A DNA stretch of 64,000 nucleotides from Blautia sp. (GTDB lineage: Bacteria; Bacillota; Clostridia; Lachnospirales; Lachnospiraceae). The notes beneath the pieces are model-generated. The model saw only the letters and a program-made list of their open reading frames with translations, was not told where the DNA came from and ran no database searches. The stretch's first letter is position 1. The number at the start of each line of letters is the position of its first letter. A program made the position numbers and the translations under genes. Below are positions 53,924 through 61,833 of the stretch, one piece after another. Where the stretch lies: positions 4,752-68,751 of the forward strand of contig JALFGN010000123.1 in assembly GCA_022777285.1 (NCBI GenBank). The letters run 5' to 3'.

Positions 53924-55345
53924 ATGAAAAATTTTTGGAAATTTGTCAAGACATCAGGAATTTACTTTGTTGGTACAGTACTGCAGAAGCTGATTACTTT
54001 TTTTCTTCTGCCCATATACACGGCTTATATCAGTCCAAAAGATATGGGAACGTATGATGCAGCAATTGCATACATTACGTTTTTATGCTCGGTTCTCTTT
54101 CTTGATATCTGGAGCGGAATCATGCGTTTTACCTTCGAGTATGAAGGGGATGAACGGAAAAAACCCATAAACAGCGGGCTGGCAATTTTTGGATGTTCTG
54201 CAGTTTTGTATACGATTATTATGGCAGCAGCAGGATGTATTTTTCATATTAAGTATCTGCCATTTATGTATTTTTATGGATTGTTAATGAATATGCAGAA
54301 TCTGATGGGATATCTGGCAAGAACCTACCAGAAAAATACACTGTATACGGCATCCGGACTGATCAGTTCCTTTACAACTGTAATTTTCAATATTCTGTTC
54401 ATTGTACTCCTTAAGATGGATTACAGTGCATTATTTATTTCCGGTTGTATGGGATATCTTTTAAATATTTGCATATTGGGATATGGAATCCGTTTTCCTC
54501 GTCTGATTTCATACAAAGATTTTCAACCGCTGTTGTTTAAAAGGCTGTTTTTATTTTCTGTGCCTCTTTGTATGAACTCGGTAGCTTACTGGTTTCTTAC
54601 AAGCTACAACCGGGTAGCAATCACCAATGTACTGGGAGCAGATGCGAATGGTATGTATAGTATTGCAGGGAGATTTGCTTCTTTTATTACATTGTTTACG
54701 ACCTGCTTTAATATGGCCTGGCAGGAAATGTCCTATTCCAGAGAAGCTTCGGCAGATGGAGAGAAAGAAAGCTTTTATACAAGTGCTTTAAATTCCTACA
54801 TTAAATTTCTCGGAATGGGAATTGCAGTGTTGATTCCGGCTATTTATGTGATATTTCCCATTATGATCAATGAAGCGTATGCGCCTGCAAGAGTTCTTGT
54901 TCCTTATTATCTTCTGGGAACAGTGGCATCATCTGTCAGTGCATTTCTGGGAAATATTTTTACAGCTATTAAAAAGAATAATATTTTATTCTATACTACA
55001 GTAATTGGAAGTGTAGTCAATGTGACAATGGTTCATTTGCTTTTGCCGCGGGTTGGTGTGCAAGGAGCAAGTATGGCATTGTTTACCGGATTTTTCATCA
55101 ATATTATCATTCGGATTCGCGTTCTTATGAAAGAAATTAAAGTACACATGGACTGGAAATTCCTGCTTGCTTATCTGGTATGGATGATCCTGGTAATCTG
55201 GATTTATAATACAAGAGGAATTGTATGGAATATAGTATCGGTATTCTTGGGAATACTGCTGACTGTTTTTGTGTTTAAAGATATGATTTTTCAGATTCTG
55301 GCAAGTATAAAAGAAAAAATGGGTAAAAAAACAGTTCAGAAATGA
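53924..55345 (+). CDS. wzx: Oligosaccharide flippase (Wzx; MOP superfamily)
   Basis: 473 aa with about 12-14 TM helices. The N-terminus is a typical polysaccharide-biosynthesis-protein start (SGIYFVGTVLQKLITFFLLPIYT). Confidence 0.75.
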   Translation: MKNFWKFVKTSGIYFVGTVLQKLITFFLLPIYTAYISPKDMGTYDAAIAYITFLCSVLFLDIWSGIMRFTFEYEGDERKKPINSGLAIFGCSAVLYTIIMAAAGCIFHIKYLPFMYFYGLLMNMQNLMGYLARTYQKNTLYTASGLISSFTTVIFNILFIVLLKMDYSALFISGCMGYLLNICILGYGIRFPRLISYKDFQPLLFKRLFLFSVPLCMNSVAYWFLTSYNRVAITNVLGADANGMYSIAGRFASFITLFTTCFNMAWQEMSYSREASADGEKESFYTSALNSYIKFLGMGIAVLIPAIYVIFPIMINEAYAPARVLVPYYLLGTVASSVSAFLGNIFTAIKKNNILFYTTVIGSVVNVTMVHLLLPRVGVQGASMALFTGFFINIIIRIRVLMKEIKVHMDWKFLLAYLVWMILVIWIYNTRGIVWNIVSVFLGILLTVFVFKDMIFQILASIKEKMGKKTVQK

Positions 55346-55361
55346 AGAGAGTAATAGTGAA

Positions 55362-56708
55362 ATGAAAGGACAAGATATGTTTGCAAAAGTAAAAAGTATT
55401 CTGGAGAATCCCTTCTGGGTGCTTTATGTGGTTTTATTCCTAATCTATGCATCCGCTGAGAAACATGCTGCAATTGTGCTTAGTATTCCAAGAAAAGCAA
55501 TGCTGATTGTAGCCTGCTGTATTTTATTATATAAAGTAATTACTGTTCCGAAAATGTTTATGAATAAACATACGGTTATTTTCGCAGTATTTGTCTGCTT
55601 GAATTTCATTACAGCATTGATTCACAGACAGTATAATCTGTTTGACAATGTCAGTTCGACTTTGTACATTGCAGTGGGAGGTCTGTTGTTTCTGAATCAG
55701 ACTTACGGAAAAACAAGACAGCAGGTAGATAGAGAAATGCTGCATATTTTAAAGCTGAATATTTATTTTCCTCTTCTTTATGCAGTAATCGCAGTGGGAA
55801 TGCTGATTTTTAACGTGTCGATTATTCTGGAAGAGAATGGTGCCATATCAGCCTACGGCCTTTATGAAAATCGTCTCTGGGGATTGTATAATGCCAATCG
55901 GGCCGGAGCAATCTGTTTTATTTCAATCATGGCAAGTCTTTATCTGATTTGGAAATATGGAAGAAAGAAAAAATTTCTGTATTTTAACATTGGACTTCAG
56001 ATGTTTTATCTGATCATGACACAGAGCAGAGGATCCTGGATTGCATTTTTAGGTGCAGCTTTTCTTCTCATTGTTTTTGTCTTTATCGGAATTGATCGGA
56101 TGAAAACCTCTTCTTTTAAAGGCAGAGTCCGGTATTTGGGAATTACCATTGGAGTTATGGCAATTTTGATTCTGATGCCAAAAGCAATTTATAAGATCAC
56201 GCCTATGATTATGGTTTCTTCCGAAGAGGAAACAGAGGAAGAGATTTCTTTTGAACGAATTGAAAATTTTGAAGAGGGAAATCTGGAAAGTGTCAGCAAT
56301 GGTCGTGTGGAATTATGGAAGGCAGGATTGGAAGTGTGGAAACAACACCCGATTCTTGGTGTCGGGATGAATAATGTGCACGAATACGGACAGTATTTTG
56401 TTTCTGAGAAACGTGCAATCACCATGAAGGGAGGATTGTTACATAATTTATTTCTTACTGCGCTTGTATCATCGGGAGTGGTAGGATTCCTGGTTCTTAT
56501 GTTGTTTTTTGTACAGCTGGCAGTCCGGTGTGTAAAGGCCTGTTTCTTTCAGTCAGATCAGTGCAACAATATATTATGTGCCTGGATTGCCGGGCTGATT
56601 GCGATTAATCTGGTAGAAAATAATCTTATTTACTGGAATTGTATTCAGGCGATGGTTTTCTGGTTCGTATGCAGTTATTTTCTGTATGATACAAAAAAAG
56701 AAAAATAA
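55362..56708 (+). CDS. wzy: O-antigen ligase / Wzy-type polymerase family membrane protein
   Basis: Polytopic, with a Wzy_C-type region (TQSRGSW and a large loop, NGRVELWKAGLEVWKQHPILGVGMNN). An alternative start is ATG 55377. Confidence 0.7.
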   Translation: MKGQDMFAKVKSILENPFWVLYVVLFLIYASAEKHAAIVLSIPRKAMLIVACCILLYKVITVPKMFMNKHTVIFAVFVCLNFITALIHRQYNLFDNVSSTLYIAVGGLLFLNQTYGKTRQQVDREMLHILKLNIYFPLLYAVIAVGMLIFNVSIILEENGAISAYGLYENRLWGLYNANRAGAICFISIMASLYLIWKYGRKKKFLYFNIGLQMFYLIMTQSRGSWIAFLGAAFLLIVFVFIGIDRMKTSSFKGRVRYLGITIGVMAILILMPKAIYKITPMIMVSSEEETEEEISFERIENFEEGNLESVSNGRVELWKAGLEVWKQHPILGVGMNNVHEYGQYFVSEKRAITMKGGLLHNLFLTALVSSGVVGFLVLMLFFVQLAVRCVKACFFQSDQCNNILCAWIAGLIAINLVENNLIYWNCIQAMVFWFVCSYFLYDTKKEK

Positions 56709-56709
56709 G

Positions 56710-56755
56710 AAAACTGCGGTGCATGACTTTTGGATGCATCGCAGTTTTCTTTTAT
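56710..56755. terminator. Bidirectional terminator between wzy and the convergent MBL-fold gene
   Basis: A 15-bp stem with one mismatch (aaaactgcggtgcat / atgcatcgcagtttt), flanked by A-rich and T-rich tracts. Confidence 0.75.
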
Positions 56756-59598
56756 TTTTTGATTTTTACGCCGTTTTTATCTACCTGATATCCATCGGGA
56801 GTCGTGGTATTGGTAAGCATTACACCGTTTTCATCTACGTAATATTTATCATCGATCCAACAGCTTTCCATGCGTACGCCGGATTTGTTGAAGTAATACC
56901 ATTTGCCGGAGATTTTCAACCATCCGGTAACCATGGCACCGCTGCTTTTCAGATAATAGGTTTTCTGATCCAGTTTCAGCCATCCGGTCGCCATAGTACT
57001 GTCGGAATTAAAATAATACCAGATTCCATCCAGCTTCAGCCATCCGGTTGCAGCAGCACCGGAGGAAGTCAGGTAATACCATTTGCCGTTCTTGCACCAT
57101 TTGTTGGATATCATGATACCATTGGAATCTAAGTAATAAATCTTATTTTTTACGGTCTGCCATCCGGTAGTCATAGCTCCATCTGCGTTTAAATAATACC
57201 AGTTATTTTTGTCTTTGAGCCATCCGGTCATCATTTTACCGGAGGATTCCTCCAGGAAATACCATTTACCGGAATCTTTGAGCCATCCGGTCATCATTTT
57301 ACCGGAGGATTTATTCAGGAAATACCATTTACCGGAGTCTTTGAGCCATCCGGTTACCATTTTACCGGATGTATTCAGGTAATAACGTTCTTTGTTGACT
57401 GTGATCCAGCCAGTCTGCATGACGCCATCCTGATTAAAATAATACCAGTTTGACTGAGAGTTGAACCATCCGGTTACCCGGTATCCGGAACTGTCAAAAT
57501 AATACCAAAGACCATGGATTTTCATCCACTGACTTTTGGGATAACTGCCGTCACTGAGCTGATACCACCAGCCTTTTGCATTGTGTTTCCAGTTTGGATC
57601 CACATAGTTTTCAATGAGTTTTCCATTTTCATCATAGTAATCATTAGAAACATAAGTATCTCTTACCATGGCACCGGAAGTATCAAAGTAATAATAGTCT
57701 CCATTGATTTTCTTTTTACCGGTCACCATTTTACCGGAGGATTCAAAGTAATACCGGTTATTATCAATGTCAGCCCAACTGGTCTGCATAATTCCGTTGG
57801 AATTAAAATAATAACGGATATTATCCTGTGTCAGCCATCCGGTAGCGGCATTTCCGTTTTGAGTAAAATAGTAGGAATTTCCGGAATCATCTTTTGCCCA
57901 TTTATCGGAAGAGGCAAATCTGGAATCTTCAAACAAAAATACATTGTTTTGATAAGTGACGAATCCTGTATGGGCAGTTGCAAGACCATCCAGATAATAA
58001 ATTCTGGTATAAGGACTGTTATTTTTTGCGGTGGCTACTACTTCTTTATTGGTTGGTGTGTTGGTGGACAGGGACCATCCCATGTTGATTACAATGGCAG
58101 GGAGATCATTGGTATACCAGTCAGTGGCATATAGCGTTGTGCCCATGTCGGAAAGATTCAGAAGAGCATCCAGTGTGCTGATTTCATCATCGGAGGTTTC
58201 ACTGGATACATAAGAATAATTTCCTGTCATAATAGCAATCTGTGGACTGAGCGTCTGCAGATAACTCCAGGTATTGGAACCGTAGAATCCATGATGACCC
58301 AGTTTCAAAATGTCTACCTGACCTAATTCTTCGGCAAGGGCAGTTTCCGCACCTTCGTAATTGTTAATGTCACCGGCAAGAAATGCAGTTTTTCCATTGA
58401 CGGATACTTTTACGCCAAGAGAAAAATAGTTGGCATCCGGTTTGGGATTGGTCATATAATCCGTTCCGTAGTGCATGATTTGAATCTGCATATCACCCAG
58501 TGTGAAGCTGGGAGTGGAAGTATGGCCGGAAAAATCATCGAACATACCGGTTCTTTCAGAAGCAACGCCTTCTGACTCCAGGTTATTGTTGGGGTCCAGC
58601 GGACTGGATGGATCTACCTGATCCGTTTCCGGAATGTCACTGGTTTCCATGTTGTCGCTTTCTGCTGAATAGAAAGAAACGCTGTCTGTGTCATCATAAA
58701 CCCCGCCTTCTTTTGGGAGAGACAGATTCCAGGGGGTACTGTCCTGATTTTTTTCTGAAGCAGTACAGATAAAGTCATAACCATTTTCTGTAGTTACAGT
58801 ATAATTGTCCGGTGTTTCTAACTGAATGGTGTAAGAGATCGGCTCTTTCTTGTCATCATACTTCGGAAGATCTTCGATGGAATAAGACCAGAGATCACTT
58901 TCTTCTTCCGGTGTGACTTCAGCAGTTACCGTATCGGAGGAATCCGGTCTCGTCACCTGAACGGTTACGGAAGAAGGGCGGGATCCGGATGCATTGGAAT
59001 CGTCATCCCAGGTGATACTGCCTGTGACAGAGACTTTTTCCGGATAAAGGGGTGCATCTTCTGCAAAGGATTGGATTAGAGTTGCGCCTGTTTCCTGTGC
59101 AGCTTCGATCATGTGGTCATATACATAAAGGTTGTCCCAAAGATTGCCGGAATTCGAGATGTAACTGTCTTTATATTCTTGAATATATACACGTTTCGGA
59201 TGAAATTCACGAATGATTTCATCGGCTGAACCAATGTGGTCACTATGGGGATGGGTTCCGATATAAAATTCAAAGTTGCTGCTGTCAACTCCCAGGGAAG
59301 ACAGATAGGAGATTACAATATCTTCGTATCCTGCATTCTTGATAATACCTGGACGATCCGGATATCTGGAGTCACTGCCATCCGGATAATCATGGTCTTC
59401 TCCCGAATCCACCATTCCGAATTTTCCATCGGATTCAAGAAGGATGGCATCGGTATTACCGGGAAGCGTAATAAAATGGATTTTAGAACTTCCGGAATAG
59501 GAAGGAGCGGCCTGTACAATTCCTGAATCAAAGGAAGTACAGGTAATAACAGTGGCAATTAAAGTAAGAATGGATGTGAAAAGTTTTCTTTGCCTCAT
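56752..59598 (-). CDS. Secreted MBL-fold hydrolase with an inserted Cna-B-type domain and about 18 C-terminal cell-wall-binding repeats (Pce/CbpE-like architecture)
   Basis: Signal peptide. MBL motifs: DAILLES..GMVDSG, THPHSDH (HxHxDH), later FLAGD and LKLGHHG. A Cna-B-like beta domain covers about aa 188-279. There is a long array of GW...WYY repeats. Confidence 0.8.
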   Translation of the reverse strand: MRQRKLFTSILTLIATVITCTSFDSGIVQAAPSYSGSSKIHFITLPGNTDAILLESDGKFGMVDSGEDHDYPDGSDSRYPDRPGIIKNAGYEDIVISYLSSLGVDSSNFEFYIGTHPHSDHIGSADEIIREFHPKRVYIQEYKDSYISNSGNLWDNLYVYDHMIEAAQETGATLIQSFAEDAPLYPEKVSVTGSITWDDDSNASGSRPSSVTVQVTRPDSSDTVTAEVTPEEESDLWSYSIEDLPKYDDKKEPISYTIQLETPDNYTVTTENGYDFICTASEKNQDSTPWNLSLPKEGGVYDDTDSVSFYSAESDNMETSDIPETDQVDPSSPLDPNNNLESEGVASERTGMFDDFSGHTSTPSFTLGDMQIQIMHYGTDYMTNPKPDANYFSLGVKVSVNGKTAFLAGDINNYEGAETALAEELGQVDILKLGHHGFYGSNTWSYLQTLSPQIAIMTGNYSYVSSETSDDEISTLDALLNLSDMGTTLYATDWYTNDLPAIVINMGWSLSTNTPTNKEVVATAKNNSPYTRIYYLDGLATAHTGFVTYQNNVFLFEDSRFASSDKWAKDDSGNSYYFTQNGNAATGWLTQDNIRYYFNSNGIMQTSWADIDNNRYYFESSGKMVTGKKKINGDYYYFDTSGAMVRDTYVSNDYYDENGKLIENYVDPNWKHNAKGWWYQLSDGSYPKSQWMKIHGLWYYFDSSGYRVTGWFNSQSNWYYFNQDGVMQTGWITVNKERYYLNTSGKMVTGWLKDSGKWYFLNKSSGKMMTGWLKDSGKWYFLEESSGKMMTGWLKDKNNWYYLNADGAMTTGWQTVKNKIYYLDSNGIMISNKWCKNGKWYYLTSSGAAATGWLKLDGIWYYFNSDSTMATGWLKLDQKTYYLKSSGAMVTGWLKISGKWYYFNKSGVRMESCWIDDKYYVDENGVMLTNTTTPDGYQVDKNGVKIKK
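56770..57900 (-). repeat. Tandem 60-63-nt cell-wall-binding coding repeats (about 18 units)
   Basis: Includes two adjacent, nearly identical 63-nt units around 57190-57370 that encode GWLKDSGKWYFL..SSGKMMT. Confidence 0.85.
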
Positions 59599-59701
59599 TT
59601 TATGAAAAACTCCTTTGATAAATTTTGCTATATTATAGCATATTATTTAGAATTAGAAAAGTTTCGTTTTTATCAGTAAAGCGATGGGAACTGGAGATTG
59701 C

Positions 59702-59730
59702 TTGTATTTTGAGAAGGGGTATATTATAAT
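59702..59730 (+). promoter_or_regulatory. Promoter candidate for GT2 59781 (TTGTAT-17-TATAAT)
   Basis: Read directly from the sequence. Confidence 0.4.
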
Positions 59731-59780
59731 GTTCAGTATCATGAAATCAGAGAATAATAGGGAAAAACAAGGAGATCGAT

Positions 59781-60761
59781 ATGGTTAGTGTAATCGTGCC
59801 GGCTTATAACTGCAAAGCCGTTTTGGAGCGGTGTGTTGCCAGTATATGCAGTCAGACCTACAGAAGGCTGGAAATTATTATTGTAGATGATGGATCAACA
59901 GATGGTACGTCCCAGTTGTGCGATGAATTGCAGGCAAGTGATGACAGAATCCGGGTGCTTCATAAAGAAAACGGAGGCGTGAGCAGTGCGAGAAATGCCG
60001 GACTTAAAGTTGCGCAGGGAGAATATGTGCAGTTTGTAGACAGTGATGACTGGATCAGAGAAGACATGACAGAAAATCTGGTTACAGCACTGAAGAGGAC
60101 AAAGGTATCACTGGTAATCTGTGGGTATGTAAAACACGAAAAAAACAAAGTTACAGAAATTGTTCCACAAATGGCAGAAACGTGTCCGGTAAGAGAACTG
60201 GATCTTCAGGTAGAAGGGCTGTTTAAAAACTTTTATCTGAATGCGCCCTGGAATAAATTATATGTAAGAAAACAGATTACAAATGGATTTCCCGAAGAAC
60301 TTTCCCTTGGGGAGGATTTGACTTTTAATCTTAAATATATTGAGAAAATTTCCAGTGTTACAATATTAGAAAAGGGATTATATCATTATGATTGTACGAA
60401 TGAAGCTTCCCTGTCTCAGAAAAAGGACATGCAGCAGCTTGCTGTGAAAAAAAGGCTGTTTCGACTGAATCTTGACTTTTGCCGGAAATATCTGGATGTA
60501 AGAGATGGAATTCGTCAGTTGAGTGATAATTTTATGATTTCTACGTTATACTTTCTGGAAGATATTTATGAAAATCAGATGTTTACCAAAAAGGAAAGAA
60601 GAAAAGAAATGAAAAAATGGATTTGTGATGATTGTGTTCAGTATGCAAGCAGACATTGCCATTTGAAAACGAGAAACCGGAGAATGGGAAGCTGGCTGAT
60701 TAAAAAACGTCTTACGCCTCTGGTTTATCTTATGATTATGTGTAAATCCGGAAAGAAATAA
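59781..60761 (+). CDS. Glycosyltransferase family 2
   Basis: VSVIVPAYNCKAVLERCVASICSQTY, VDDGSTDGT, GGVSSARNAGL and FVDSDD. Confidence 0.85.
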   Translation: MVSVIVPAYNCKAVLERCVASICSQTYRRLEIIIVDDGSTDGTSQLCDELQASDDRIRVLHKENGGVSSARNAGLKVAQGEYVQFVDSDDWIREDMTENLVTALKRTKVSLVICGYVKHEKNKVTEIVPQMAETCPVRELDLQVEGLFKNFYLNAPWNKLYVRKQITNGFPEELSLGEDLTFNLKYIEKISSVTILEKGLYHYDCTNEASLSQKKDMQQLAVKKRLFRLNLDFCRKYLDVRDGIRQLSDNFMISTLYFLEDIYENQMFTKKERRKEMKKWICDDCVQYASRHCHLKTRNRRMGSWLIKKRLTPLVYLMIMCKSGKK

Positions 60762-60956
60762 GGCAGGTGAATGAATCATGAACAAAATAAAAAGAATCGT
60801 AAGTTATGGAAACGTATCAGCAATATTATAGGACTCCTTTTGTAATCTGGGTAAATTACATGCCTATGAAGATATGGATGGAATACCGAATGGTTCAGTG
60901 TAACAATCTCTTTGAAAAAAGCGAATTGACACTGTTTTTTCGGTGAATCCCACACA

Positions 60957-60985
60957 TTGAAATTCCGATAAAAAAATGATACAAT
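60957..60985 (+). promoter_or_regulatory. Promoter candidate for tagG/tagH (TTGAAA-17-TGaTACAAT)
   Basis: Read directly from the sequence. Confidence 0.5.
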
Positions 60986-61026
60986 ATATAGGTTAAGTAT
61001 ACATTTGATAATGTAAGGAGAAAAGG

Positions 61027-61824
61027 ATGAACATATTTAGAGAATTGTGGAAGAACAAAGATCTGGTTTGGAAACTGGGAAAAAATGATTTCAAGACCAA
61101 ATATGCAGGTTCTTATTTCGGAATCCTCTGGGCTTTTGTACAGCCTATGGTAACGATTCTGATCTATATTTTTATTTTCCAGTTCGGTTTCCGTGTTATG
61201 GATACCCCTAATGGATATCCATATGCATTGTGGCTGATTGCCGGTATTATTCCCTGGTTTTTCTTTTCCGAGGGAGTGATCAATGCCACCAACTGTCTGC
61301 TGGAATACAGCTATCTGGTAAAAAAAGTAGTGTTTAAAATCAGTGTACTTCCTCTGGTGAAGATTTTGTCAGCGCTGTTTGTGCATCTGTTTTTTATTGT
61401 GTTTTCTGTAGTTGTGTATTTCCTGATGGGAAAAACACCGATTATTCAGATGATTCAGCTTGGTTATTATACGATATGTGCCATTTGTCTGATTACAGCA
61501 TTGGCATATTTTACCTGTTCGATTGTTCCTTTTTTCAGAGATTTCGGAACGATCATTAATATTCTGATGCAGGTAGGCATGTGGGCCTGTCCGATTATGT
61601 GGGATATGTCAACCTTTCATATGCCTGAAAAAATTGCATTCCTGTTAAAACTGAATCCTATGTTTTATGTGGTACAGGGATATCGTGACAGTTTTATGGA
61701 CGGAATCTGGTTCTGGGAGCGCCCGGGCATGACACTTTACTTCTGGGTGATCACGGTTTTACTTGGAATCGTGGGATTTACTGTTTTCCGCAGATTGAGA
61801 GTACATTTTTCAGATGTATTGTAG
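61027..61824 (+). CDS. tagG: ABC-2 type polysaccharide/teichoic acid export permease (TagG/Wzm-like)
   Basis: The N-terminus DLVWKLGKNDFKTKYAGSYFGILWAFVQP is typical of TagG/Wzm. There are 6 TM helices. Confidence 0.85.
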   Translation: MNIFRELWKNKDLVWKLGKNDFKTKYAGSYFGILWAFVQPMVTILIYIFIFQFGFRVMDTPNGYPYALWLIAGIIPWFFFSEGVINATNCLLEYSYLVKKVVFKISVLPLVKILSALFVHLFFIVFSVVVYFLMGKTPIIQMIQLGYYTICAICLITALAYFTCSIVPFFRDFGTIINILMQVGMWACPIMWDMSTFHMPEKIAFLLKLNPMFYVVQGYRDSFMDGIWFWERPGMTLYFWVITVLLGIVGFTVFRRLRVHFSDVL

Positions 61825-61833
61825 GAGGTACGA

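Noticed and set aside
56686-58134. Plus-strand ORFs 56686-57132 and 57514-58134, of 148 and 206 aa.
   Set aside because: They are mirror-frame artefacts of the repeat region of the minus-strand MBL-fold gene.
59626-59640. The perfect palindrome TGCTATA-T-TATAGCA in the divergent region upstream of the MBL-fold gene.
   Set aside because: It is short and A/T-rich, and it overlaps a probable -10 element (TATAAT on the minus strand). It could be an operator, but a 7-1-7 A/T palindrome in a promoter region is weak evidence on its own.
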